The notes: a model not told the origin generated them from the sequence alone. DNA of 63,094 nucleotides, filler included, from Choristocarpus tenellus KU-1152 (GCA_964200185.2; 7 parts of 7 records of this genome joined end to end with filler, not necessarily neighbours in it); one strand, 5' to 3'; shown: positions 49,605 through 62,047, counted from the first letter of the whole stretch. Translations and numbers: made by a program.

Positions 49605-50426
49605 TTCCTTCTACACCCCGCCCTCCCACAAAAAAAAAAAAAACAGCCCACACCGGTACATGCCCCCTAGCNNNNNNNNNNGTGGAACGAGGACACCGGG
49701 CCGCCCGTTGTTAGGAAATCAAGCCGCCCTCCCTCCCGCGGGGGTCGGCGCCCCCCCCCCCCCCCCCCCCCATCACATACCTCCCGTTTTCAATCAACCT
49801 CGTGGCAAGAAACACAAAAAGATGGTTACGTACCATCAGCACGCATTTGCAGATGCAGACGCTACTACTACCTTCCCTGCGAAGTAAAATACTATAACCT
49901 CCAAGGGTCTACACATATCACATATTTCAAGGACATCACTCTCATTGATTCCCATCAAACCTTGCCAGCATCTTGCTGTACAGATAGCAAAGGCAATAAA
50001 TAACTCATGACAGCAGCACAGCGGCTAGGGCGCTCTCTGGAATCTGCACAGGAAAAGGAACTAACTCATTTGAGTTTTGTTTTTCGCTGAGGTCATTTCA
50101 TTCGTTGACTATCCGGAAAGAATTGCGGTAATTCATTGAGAAAGCGTGTCCCGTGGCACTATCATTGATAACTTCCTTGCCTGTATTCTTTGAAGAGCTT
50201 CCTGGTCGACATAGATGTTGTAGAAGGCATTGAAGCACATTGCAATGCGAGAGGCATAAGCAACCCCTGCCTTTTTAGAGGGATCTCCCTCCTGCATCCA
50301 CAGCGTAAGAGGGAGCACAGGGGGGGGGGGGGGGGGGGGGGGACTTTATGTGTGGTGTGGTGGGGGGAGGGTGTTTTTTTCTTTTTTTTTTTTTCTCCTA
50401 AATAATANNNNNNNNNNGTCCCAGTA

Positions 50427-50464
<38 letters not shown>

Positions 50465-53061
50465 GAGTACTTCATGTGTGGTCTAGTGGTGGAATGATGT
50501 TGTTCGCTTTTGCTATTCTGCTCCTAAATTATACAGTCGCGGAGACTGCATATAGAGACAGATGGCGACATGTAGAGACAGATAGTGACATGTAAAGATA
50601 GGTGGTGAGATGTAGAGACAGCCAGTGACACGTATAGACAGATAGTGACATGTAAAGATAGGTGGTGAGATGTAGAGACAGCCAGTGACACGTATAGATA
50701 GGTGGTGAGATGTAGAGACAGCCAGTGACACGTATAGACAGACAGTGACACGTAAAAGATAGATGGTGAGATGTAGAGACAGCCAGTGACACGTAAAAGA
50801 TAGATGGTGAGATGTAGAGACAGTGACGTGTAGAGACGGATGGCGACATGCAGAGACAGCGAGAGACATGTAAAGACAGATAGTGACACGTATAGACAGA
50901 GAGTCTTTTGTATTGTGTTCCTTCTATAGAGAAAGATACCAAGGGGGCTACGACGGTTGGAATGTTGAGGAGTGAATTTATTGGTTTCTCAGTAGGGTGG
51001 CAATTTAGTTGCCTAGCGTACGTAGAATAATTCTTGGCAAAAACAAGCGCCTGAATCATTACAATGAACTCATCCTAGGATATCGATTCAATCCCAATAC
51101 CAAAATACTTTTTAAAAGATACAGTACACCTAACTCCACGTATGAGTATTTAAAAATAGAAACTTCCTGTTCCAATTATCTACCAAACAAGTAGAGCCTT
51201 CATCTTAACGCCATCTGCGCAGCTACGTCTGATTGCCGTCAACTTGAACATACACAACAGTTTGGCTTGTACAATGACTTGACATGTTCGAATCAGCAAC
51301 ATTTTGTATCACTCATTAACACTCCTTGTAAGAATAATACTGCTACAAAAGTCACAAACATCAAACTGCTTTGTTAGGAAAGAGTGCATGTAGTGCATCC
51401 TTGGTACCATCCCACACAGTATTACCAGCCCCCAATGCTGTCCAACGCTGGCCAAGGCCACTAGCCTCCACAGTTCAAATTCGACCTCACGCAGCAAGCA
51501 ATCTTCCCAGAGATTTTCCTGCTGTTCATTCTACATGGAAAGTTATTTCTGTAATACCCAATAACTTCCATCTACATAGATAGTCCCCCCCTCCCAGCAA
51601 GAACATTTCACAATTCATCAATAGTGAAAGCCGCACCTAGTTCTGTTATATGAGTGGGCGTTGAATCTCTGGAGGAGAAAGAGTCCAGGACCATAGTATG
51701 AAATCTCTGCTATCATCAAATCCATAAGAACATCAAAATCAATGACACCCATACTGAAACTACTACGAACATGTCAGTAGCGTAGCGTACACAATATTCC
51801 TATATCTACTGTTGTGAAACGAAAGAGATCGACCTGTCATCGCATGAGGAGACGCACGAGAAACGCACGTGGATCACCAAGCGGAACATGGTGCACATGA
51901 GACAAAAACTCCCAGACCAGACTTAAGAGACCTGTATTCCTGCACTTTACCTACCCACAGGATGCCCTGGCTACATTAATGGTGTTCTGAAACAAAGAAT
52001 CAAGTCATCATACTGGAATGGCCCAGGCATGCCCGTTTGTGTCCACTCCCCACTCCCACTCCACATGAACAAAATTATCTGAGTGTGTGTGTGCATGTGT
52101 GTGTGTTTGTGAGTATGTGCGTCCATCAAACCCTGCATAGCCATGCATGTCCTAATAGCCTTCGAGTTAGACTGCAAGTTGTGCTAAATGTGATTGTGTA
52201 CGCCTAGACAAGGAGAATGAAGTATTATTAAAAGGGTGTTGGTTGCAATGTAGAAGAAGACCCAAGTCTAACTCAGGGTTACGCATATTCCATACACATT
52301 TTCATGCCCTGCAACTAAACAGGGAACATAATTCAACATTCCAATGTTGAAGAGAAGTGCCTTACCATTACACTCTTTCACGATGCTAAGGGAGGAAGGT
52401 CCCGCAGCTGCAAAGTCAGCAAAACAATGGGTTCCATTATGGTCGCCAAATTCAACAAGCTGTTACATGGGATGAGAAATACTAGAGAATGCTGTACTCC
52501 ACTTCTTCTTCAAAACAAAAGTTGCAACCCCCACACAGGAAAAAGATTGGTGCACTTACTGCAATAAAATGATCAATTCCCACTTCTTCATATTTCCAAC
52601 ATAACACACCCTCTCCTCCACTCTCCCACACAGTTGCACAGCGCACACATCTAGCAAAGCAACATACATAGAAGCTTCAGCTTTGCCTCTTCCCCCACTC
52701 CCTGTCTATTCCAACCTGCCTACCCACGTCTGCCTCACTTCACCCTCTATTATCCTGTGTACTCAGCACTACCTGCATACACACCCACCATAAACTCCCG
52801 GCACTCTAGAAACATGTGCAGAAGGAGTAGTACCCGTGCCAGTACCGCCGGCTCCTTATCATTGAGTGTAAAGCTGAGAGCACGGGCCCCAACTCCATCC
52901 CAGCGTCCTGAGCCCCTCAGGCCTGAAAGATGAGCCCATAGAGAGTAGAGAGCGTGGCGAGCATCCCCACAGCCCAGAAGGAGAACATCTGCCCGCGGGG
53001 CATCTGCCGGAAGGTTCTGGAGCATATTCTCTGGGGGGGTACTTCCTTTTGTGCAAGTCAT
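49201..53061 (-). CDS. DUF4470-domain (DNAAF3-N-like) protein, partial multi-exon gene
   Basis: Exon ~53061-52789 encodes GSTPPENMLQ...ADVLLLGCGDARHALYSL...FTLNDKEPAVLARVLLLLHM, the DUF4470 signature. Exon 50291-50181 encodes AFYNIYVDQEALQRIQ and exon 49301-49201 encodes ETAGKLIRASSSVTAWAASELGKIVHF, the expected continuation. Other exons are unresolved. Confidence 0.75.
50553..50900. repeat. Intronic 20-bp minisatellite with higher-order 40/60-bp structure
   Basis: Variants ATGTAGAGACAGCCAGTGAC, ACGTATAGACAGATAGTGAC and ATGTAAAGATAGGTGGTGAG alternate over about 17 units. Confidence 0.92.
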
Positions 53062-53789
53062 CGTATTAAAGGGAGGGTGATGAAAGGGATAAGNNNNNNN
53101 NNNNNNNNNNNNNNNNNNNNNNNNNNNNNNNNNNNNNTTAATTAATTAANNNNNNNNNNNNNNNNNNNNNNNNNNNNNNNNNNNNNNNNNNNNAAGAGAT
53201 GTTTGCCCGAAACGCACACCCCCCCACACACCCCCCCCCCCCCCCCAAGATACTTTGACCCAACATGGAGGAATAGATGACCTTGTCCACGATGTCCATC
53301 GAATGCCTCAAGGATATCGTTCAGGGAATGGTAGACACTGTGAGGTGTCAAATGATAAACAGCCTTGAAGCGCAACCTCTCATGTTTCTCCCAGAATATC
53401 GTTGTCGTGGGCCCTCTTCCGTGATTGCTTTAATGAATAATGAATACGCAACAAGGTATAGTGAGTCAGAATCGAGTGAAGAAGACCATGAAGAACCCAG
53501 ATCAAAGTAACCTATAATATATATTATTATGCCCTCTGACATTCTGGAGACGTTTGACGGGAAAAATCAATGAAAAACCATTCAAAAATCATAACAATTC
53601 CTACAAAAGCAACAGTTGTCGTAAATGCGAAATACTTGCTTCTACCATTTATTTACTACTTTACTATCAGCTATGCTACACCGCTGCCCTCCTGTGCCTC
53701 CAACCTAGCTTAGTCCTGCACCCCAGTGTGAGGAGCTAGGGAAGCATCTCAAGAATCTAACAAGGTCCTCCTTGGCCATCTCCTCGGTG

Positions 53790-54200
53790 TCTCAGGCTTA
53801 AACACATCAGACATCTTGATAGAGCTACTTGTGTTGTGACAGACACTATCTATCGTAGACAGGATTTGACAGCCCCTTTCCTGCTGTTGCCTCTTGCCCC
53901 TCTCCTCCCTACCGTGTGTGTAGCCAACTCATCCAGAAAAAATTCCGATTGCTTGCCGAGGCGCCCAAAAATTTCCACTGTGAAGGCGTTGAGGTAATAA
54001 CTATATGAGGGTCAAAAGAGCCCTTGTTGTGGGTGCGCTTTCTCGCCTCAGCTACATACAGTAGCAGCTACACCATTCTCTTGCACTTCTGGAAACGTAA
54101 CATCTAGAAGGAGGTCTTTGTGCTGGTAGGGAGTTGATCTCATGTCAGTAAGTGTCCCAACATCGAAGACCAGATCCATACGGAAATTCTTGTGTAGTAC
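53790..54200 (-). mobile_element. CRE-like non-LTR retrotransposon fragment (restriction-like endonuclease C-terminus), decayed
   Basis: FRMDLVFDVGTLTD...HKDLLLDVTFPEVQ...AEARKRTH...AFTVEIFGRLGKQSEFFLDELA...RKGAVKSCLR*IVSVTTQVALSR. This is the D...D...E-x-F-G layout of RLE domains, with frameshifts and a stop. Confidence 0.8.
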
Positions 54201-55672
54201 GGATAACCAACCTATGATCATTACCATCATTGTTGTTATTAAAGATAACACATGAAAAAATCTAGATGTAGTGGTTTGTGAGTGGAGAACATAGAAGTAA
54301 AATATTCCACCTGATTTTACAACATGTTGCACAACTGGCAGTAAAATAGAAAATAGATGATGGAAAACGTATTGTACATTTACGATAGCTCTTTCCTCTC
54401 TGACACATTTGCAAATGTCAGAGGGCATAATAATAAAAATAGCTGTTACTCCTTCAAAGTTATTCTGATATTGAATTGGGTTCTTATCGGTTTTTCGGAC
54501 ACCTCTACAAAATACTACACACATAATACATGATAACATTTAAGTATTTTTTTAAGAAGATCAGAAATATTTTCTTCTTTAACATTATTGAGGTGGTCTG
54601 GAATGATCGTAGGTGAGGTGTTTTTTCGTCTGGAATTGATCACTTTGATATAAAGATATCTACAGTTTGTGTTAAAGAGACTAGAACTATTTCAACACAC
54701 ATATATTCTGTAATTAGGAGGATAGGATTTTAGAAAATAATAATTTGTAGTCTCCAACAATATCTAGGATTTTCAACATATCTATATATAGTAGGATTGC
54801 ATAACCTGATGAAAATACCTTTGCTGTGGGATATGCTCCAACCAACCTGAGAGACTTTAAAGCTAGCCAAAGGATGCACACTGGAAGAAGTTTCATACGG
54901 TGGTGTGGCAGACTCCCACCAAGGACAAGCTCTGTTGTTCTGATGGGCGTGAACGTGTGCGCTGTAAAGAGAGGCGAGGGAAGGAGGGATCATGACACCA
55001 GGATTCTGGAGCACTCGGACGAGATGTGTTGAATAAAGATGGTGAGCGCCTATTGATGTTTGCCGCGATGAACACTTTTTCGGTTTACCCAAGGGAAAGG
55101 GGTTCATGCGTACTTGAGTCGTGGGGGAGAAATGAGGTTGTATCGTAGTTTGTGTGATTTACTGATCTACAGAAAGTGCATGGCTGTGAATGTCGTCATC
55201 TCCTACAGGTTGTGCTGACCAAACTTGCCCTACCTCTAAAGATGTTTCTAGTCATGCAGCAGTTCCATAATGGTATGAATGAGGGTATGTGTTCACATAG
55301 ATGATGGATGGTGAATGCACAGACTAGTTTGAGGTTAGACAGGGCCTTCGGCAGGAGTACGTTTTTGCTCCAATCTTGATCAACATCTTCTTGACTAACG
55401 TGCTAAGAGTGTGGCAGATAACAAGTTTACATCTGACCTAGCTATCTCCAGCGACCTTGTTGGGTTCACGAGAGTGGCCACAAACAACACGATCAGAGGA
55501 GTGGAAGCACACCAGGGAATTGGGCAACACCTGTGAGTGGCTCTTGTGGGGCATATCTTGTGCCGATGATCCTGGCATTGTTTCCAAAACCCAAGGAGGT
55601 TTTCCCAAGACGATGAAAGTACTTGTGAAGATGGTTTGATCATGCAGTGTGAGTGTATTGGCATTCAGGATG

Positions 55673-55926
55673 AAGCATTTAACAGGGTACGAGTTTTGCC
55701 CTGTTTGTCTGTTTGGGGCTTGGCTTCCCACACGTGTTTTATGCCCTTTTTTGGTTTGCGAAACATTTCAGAATAGGTGTAATGTGTACGATTGTGACAG
55801 GTGTGTCCGGAGCAAGAGGTATTGACACTTTCTAGCTGATATGGTAGTCAAAATTACATGAAAATCGCAACATTGGGTTTTAGAACACAAACGGACGCGG
55901 TGCTACCCTCTTAAATGCTTTGACTC
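55673..55926 (-). mobile_element. MITE, subfamily A, TSD ATG, inserted in the LINE (one TIR shortened)
   Basis: AAGCATTTAACAGGGTAC ... CTACCCTCTTAAATGCTTTGACTC, with ATG at 55670-55672 and 55927-55929. Removing it restores LINE peptide VSVLAFRMETMCL. Confidence 0.85.
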
Positions 55927-56105
55927 ATGGAGACTATGTGTCTTCGCTGTCCAACCAGCATGCCGACACCATGCAAATTCAGACACTGGATCAGACCCTA
56001 CAAGCAGAGACCGATAAGTTTGCTTCATGTAGCGAGACCATCAGTGATATGATTCCGCTATTATTACTGTTGAGACCAGCAGGAGGATTCAGAAAGCTTG
56101 GAGTC

Positions 56106-56359
56106 GAGTCAAAGCATTAAGAGGGTAGGGCAGCGTCTGTTTCAGGTCATAAACCCAATGTTACGATTTTGATGAATTTTGGCTATCATGTTTGTTAGCA
56201 AGTATCAATACCCTTGCTCTGGACAGACGTTTCACAGTCGTATACATTCTAGGAAACTGTGCATAGAGAAAACCGAAAAGGGCATAAAAAACCCGTGGGA
56301 AGCCAAGCCCCATACTGACAAACAGGACAAAACTGCTATCCTCTTAATTGCTTTGTTGT
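56106..56359 (+). mobile_element. MITE, subfamily A, TSD GTC, inserted in the LINE
   Basis: GAGTCAAAGCATTAAGAGGGTAG ... CTATCCTCTTAATTGCTTTG(TTGT), with GTC on both flanks. The right terminus is degenerate. Confidence 0.85.
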
Positions 56360-57024
56360 GTCGTTTGTTTTTGAAAATATGACTAAATTATTTTTGACAG
56401 AACGTCAGGTGTCTCACTTGAGGTTAAGATTTCGAATAATCAAGGTGATGTAAATGAAGTTCTGCTATATGGTTGTACGATGTTGGCATTCTGCCAGTCT
56501 CATTGCCTGAGCCTCCACTCACATTGTTGCAAATTCCTCCTCTGCTGCCCGCAAATGGAAACGCACCGATCCTGTCCTCTCCTACAAGATGCTGATACGA
56601 AGACTTGGTTGTGAGAGTATTGAGGCCACAGTGCACATGCGGACACTCCCTTTTTCTGGGTCAGTACTCGCACAGGGGATGAGCATCCTCCCCAATAGAT
56701 GGTGTTTGTTGAGCAGAAACAAGGCGGACAGGAGGAGAAGAATTCGAGCACATGTCTCCAAGACAACGTTGACAAGTCTGGGATTGGAGTTGAGGTTTGA
56801 GCACAAGCATCATTAACTTACACTTCCAGGTGGGTGCAACAAAACTACTAACATTGTTAAAACAACCATAATACTAAAAAATGCGAGAGATGATTGAATA
56901 ACAAGAAAGGATGGTGGGATGGTAGCTCCTCTCCAGTTCTAACCTATCTCTGTTTCTCCTGTGTTGTCACATGTTGGTCGTAGGTGTTGGGACACACATG
57001 TATACCATTGGTGGAGCTGCCGGT

Positions 57025-57281
57025 GAGCCAAAGTATCTTTGAGGGTAGAGCCGTGTCCATTTGGAGGTCAAAATCCAATGTTGCAGTTTTGATGTAATTT
57101 GGCTATTGTGTTTGCTAGGAAGTGTCAATATCCTTGTTCAGGATACACATTTTTATCCAATACACATTTTACCTACTCTGAAACATTTTGGAGTAGGAAA
57201 ATATCATACAAATAAACATGGGTACCCAAGCCCCAAATGGACAAACAGGGCAAAACTTATACCCTCTAAGATACTTCGCTC
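57025..57281 (+). mobile_element. MITE, subfamily A, TSD GGT
   Basis: GAGCCAAAGTATCTTTGAGGGTAG ... TACCCTCTAAGATACTTCGCTC, with GGT on both flanks. Confidence 0.9.
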
Positions 57282-57614
57282 GGTGTGCACACTCCAAATA
57301 TAATATATCAAATAAAACATACTCATGTAACACATAGTCTTTTCACAGTGAGTAACATCCTCCGTGAACGTATCGTGTACAGCTCTGTTTTGTTCTGATT
57401 TGCCTCAACCGAGGTTGAGAGGGTGGAGTCAAGACCTGTGTACACTCAGTCAGACAACTTGTTTTTGATGAGCTTCAGTCTGGCCATTATAGTTTACACT
57501 ACCACAAACTATAGGGTCATGCCAAGATGGTGGACAAGCTTAATAGTTCTGGAAGACTTGAAGAAACAAGGCGCCATCAGGGAGGAGTTCATAGGTATAT
57601 CCACCAAGTCCAAC

Positions 57615-57706
57615 ATGGGAAAAAGGGCACAAAAGAAACGTGGGAAGTCAAGCCCCGAACAAAAAAAAAAGGTGCAAAACCCCTACGTTCTTAAATGTTT
57701 GGGTCA
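57615..57706 (+). mobile_element. Partial MITE subfamily A (right end)
   Basis: AAAGGGCACAAAAGAAACGTGGGAAGTCAAGCCCC...CTTAAATGTTTGGGTC matches the right portion of the full copies. Confidence 0.6.
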
Positions 57707-60700
57707 AACGGGACATATAATCACCATTGCACCCGCTATCAGTTGATCCTCAAGACCCCTTTTGAAGTTGAGACAGGATTTTCCTCAAGTCAGGTTGTGT
57801 TGTTCCACAGTCATATTGATGACACACACACATCAGCTCATAGCATTCCTCGACCTCCCCTGCATGTTTTATCTCGCTGCATGAGAAATTCCTGGGTAAG
57901 TGGATGGTGATCCTCTTTTGAACATAAATTACCGATACTGCCCCTGACATTCCAGTGATTCAACTTTAACATATTATAGCCCGCCTCACCCTCTGCATGT
58001 TGCATATCCATGAGGTCCCAGCAGGGGCCCTTAGTTTAATGGTAGCAGGTGGAGGACCTTTGTTCTTTGTTTCATAGTTCAATTTACACCACAACTTGAT
58101 ATATCAATGTCTGCGAAAGTAGCGGTTATATTCAATTTGGGAGTGGATAAACACTGGATATCAGTATGCTATTTTGGAACTAAAGATTATCACTTCAAGA
58201 CTGTGATGAATCTATTCCAGATGCTCACAAATTTCTACTAATTTCCATCAATCGCCCCCAACATCTGATGGTCAGACTGAAAGTTCATCAAAGACCAATA
58301 CTTTCATGTCTCAATTTCAGTGTTCATCACTAAGTTCACACCCGTACATGCAGTAAACTCATATACTTCTCCCCTGCACGGAAAACTGCTGTGTCAATGC
58401 ATTCGCAGTCCCTTCGAGAAACAGCCATGGGCGTTATTGTTGAACCCATAATCAATATTGGCATTGACGTACAGTGAGATGAAAATCTACATCTCCACTG
58501 TCCACATTTTATGGTTAGTAGTACCCTCACGTTTTAGGCAGAAGATGGAGGATGTTTTGTCAACGTGGTCAATTTATTGAGGGAAGGGTTGAAGTTGCCT
58601 GCAATTTTCATAGTAGGTCATAACTCCTTCGTATCACACATGCATACCGTGTCACATACCACCTCAGGTGCACACACTCTCTAACCCTCAAGAACTAAAA
58701 ACAGACTTGGATGGTGGCGACGTTGAGGGTGGTGAGAAAGACCAAGTGCTAGGGATGATTTTGAATGTGTTTTCAAAACAAGGCGTTTGTAAATTCGCAA
58801 CTGAGTCGAAGGAATTGCTAGGTATTGTAGCTAAATTCAGACCAGTCCTCTTGTTATCTGAAGCTGAATTTGGCTGTTGTACAACTTGTCCTGTTGCTTT
58901 TCCACAACCAGGTACTGAACTGGTTAGTGGGTCTCCATATTGTGCAGTACCCAAAATACGCAACACCATTTGCCATTGTGTGAGTGATATGAAAAGTTTT
59001 ATGGTAAACACCTCGTCAAGGCCTAGTGCGTCCACTGTTTGCATTGTTGTGAAACCTGATGGATCCCCCGGTTTTGCATGGATATAGAGCAACCATTTAA
59101 TAAACATCTGATACGTAATTCATGGCCTTTTCTACCCATGGAAGGGTGTCTACCTATATTTGGAGGTCGGGATTATTTATCCTGTGCCTACAGATCCCAT
59201 CAGCCTGTTGTTGGCAATTGCTTATATATGACCAATGCGAACGTCAAAAAGCTGCCGTTCTCATGCCAGACAAGACATACGAGCTTTAGCGATCACCATT
59301 TTGAGTACGAAACGAACCATGGACCTTTCAATGCCCCATGTCTGAAGTGTTTTCCAGAGTTAGTCCTGACTCTGGATTATTGTACATTTAGGTAAAATTG
59401 TTTTGGCCTATTCAATTTTAACACACGATAAATACTTGATTAGCACGGTGTAGATCAATCTTACAAGTCGTAAGAGTTGAACAAAAACCACCCAAAGCAC
59501 AATTTTCTCAAAGAAAATGCATTATTTGGAACATCATGCTAATCCCCAAGGAAAAACAAAATACCAAGATTGTATTCAACCTATTCTAGAAATGCATCCC
59601 CCTCAAATGGGAAAGGCGCGCAAAGATCCTAAATTTCAATGCATTTATGTGAACGTGCATTCATCACATGGTAACTGTTACATTACTGGTCGAATTGATT
59701 CGCCACACACAAAGGTAAAGTACCAGAAACGATTATCCCATGAGAAACAACCCCAAGAATGGTAGAAGTGATGTTAAATCTAAATGGAGTCGTAAGTAAC
59801 AGAGTGCTTTGAAAGATGGAAACAACTTCGAACAATGGTTCCAGTCCTCCCTGGCTTCCTGATTTTTCGAAGGAATTTTCCTACATGTTGATGGCAATAA
59901 TGATGGGGCAGAAGCCCTTTTCTCCTTAAAAACAGACGATTGAATTTTGATATCATCGCTTACTACAGTGCCTTGCTCTCCCCTTACCTAAGGGAAAATT
60001 CTGCCACACAGAAACATACTGCCTTGAACAATCTTGGCAATTCAAGATTGGAGACCATACATATGGGGTGAACATTTGACTATTTATTAGTGACCATTCA
60101 GCTTGTGGTTGCTGTAAGATGCAATACACGTCCAACCTCTTGACTACATGGGCCCTAAAGTTGTGAAGTTTTGATTTCACCGTCCTTCATAGGCCTGGCA
60201 GATTGCATTAAATTCCAGATATATTGTCATAACCTCAACTATAATAATTTTGTAGGTATGAATCCGAACCAGTTGTTTCAACAGTCTCTTCCAACTTTAT
60301 GGGACAATTCTGGTAGAGTAAATGTGGAATTAGAGTACCTACTTATTGGTTGGTAAGCCAAACATTTATCATATATAGGGTAATGTTTCTGCTTTCGCAG
60401 GGTGCTTATATGCACCACCTTGACGTGAACTAATTACTTCTCTTAAAACATCACTTAACATCCTAGCATTCATCTCTTCTACTCCTACATGAGGCTGGAT
60501 ACATTTAGTACAGATAGAGATGTGTCTTTACTGTGTATCACATTGACCAATCACCCTTGAACGGAACAAGATGGCATCTTGCGTTCAACATAACCACGCC
60601 AACGGCGGTCACCTTCGCTTTCTGGAGCCACATTTCCTATCGATTCTGCCTCTAGCACCTCAGTTATCTGTACTTTGTCCTTGCACTTCAAGAAACCCTT

Positions 60701-61787
60701 TTGCCTCCTTTCCAGGAGAAGTATTCGCAGTATCTGCAGTTATTTCTGCGAGTAGTGACTTCATTGTTGATGAAGCTCTTCTTCTTTCGATTTATTTTCT
60801 CGCCAGCACTGTTGTCCACCGATTGGCCTTCAACTTCGGAAGTTGATACTACAAGGAGTCGAGCAGGTGTTACCCAAGGAGAAAAAGCACTACAATATAT
60901 GGTAGGGTTGACTATACCTCGACCTTCCACAGATACAAAGCAGCTTGTGTCTAGATCTAAGCTCGATACTTCCGCCTAGATCATTAGTAACCTTGCTGGT
61001 AGGAGTGGAAGGCGTACATGTGGACTTCCCCCATGAATATGCTAGAAGAATTTGTGTGGGCTACGCCATCACCTCTTGGTCGCTGCAGGTTGAGGCTCTC
61101 TCTCTTGTGAACCAGACAGTTTCCTCTGGGCAGAAGTTGCTTGTCTCTATTCCAATAGTTATAAAAGATTCATACATGTCAACTGGTATACATAAAATAA
61201 GCCCAACCTCTCGCTTAAGCTTGCATTTGAGACCCACCTACCCATTTCTAGTCTCGTTTTGGAATTTGGAATATTTCCAGCCCTTGGTTACTCTTTCAGT
61301 TGAACTTTTTATTGCGTATAGTAGGCAGACTATGTACTCGGGAGTATTTATATAAATATATTTGGTTCGATTGTGAGTTCTGCATTGTAATTGTCACCAT
61401 ACCTTTCATGGGAGACCTCAATGAATTTATCGGGCCGAAGCTCCTTCTACGCCGGACTTCTTTTCAGAGAAATTTGGTTTCTATTATGGTACTCCATGTG
61501 CAAGCACAACGGATTGTACACCTATCTGTGTGCTATCAATATCCTGTCCGTGCTTTACCACAAAAAAACACCAAACCAAGGTCAAGGTGGAAAAAAAAAA
61601 TGGAATGGACCCAGGAGCATATTTGAGGATGGACACAGAGCGAAGACTGGTAGGAGTGCAGAACACGGTGCATGAGAAGTGAGGCAGGAATAGAGGCAAT
61701 GCAGTACAGTTAGCGTGGTACAATAGTTATGAATTAGTATGACAAGTAGTGCAGTGTGTAGTGCCTCTGACCACGGGTGGGGATCAT

Positions 61788-62047
61788 GAGTCAAAGTATC
61801 TTAGAGGGTAGAGCCGCGTCCATTTGGGGGTCAAAATCCAACGTTACAATTTGATCTAATTTTGGCTATCATGTTTGTTAGGAGATGACAATATCCTTGT
61901 TCCGGACACTCCTTTTCATAACGTATGTATTTTACCTACTCCAAAATTGTTTTGGAGTAGGTAAAATGTCAGTAAGAACCCGTGGGAAACCGAGCCCCAA
62001 ATGGACAAACAAGGAAAAACTTGTACCCTCTAAGATATTTTCACTCT
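61788..62047 (+). mobile_element. MITE, subfamily A, probable TSD CAT
   Basis: GAGTCAAAGTATCTTAGAGGGTAG ... GTACCCTCTAAGATATTTTCACTC(T). CAT (or TCAT) is duplicated at the flanks. Confidence 0.9.

Larger units (their letters stand above)
54815..56800 (+). mobile_element. Decayed RTE-type LINE (APE endonuclease, RT and C-terminus), internally deleted and interrupted by two MITEs
   Basis: APE: VGYAPT...VLMGVN...GRDVLNKDGERLLMFA. RT: DLQK...QQFHNGM...FEVRQGLRQEYVFAPILINIF and LWGISCADDPGIVS (YADD equivalent). It resumes METMCL...SRRIQKAW between the MITEs and ends EVLLYGC...LGCESIEATV. Confidence 0.9.

Noticed and set aside
48649-49887. Poly-Pro / poly-Gly ORFs (also 32248-32540, 50190-50405, 62811-63047)
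   Set aside because: They arise from G/C homopolymer tracts next to gaps or in introns, probably of unreliable length, and are not credible proteins.
50513-51059. His/Cys-rich repeat proteins
   Set aside because: They are translations of the 20-bp intronic minisatellite.
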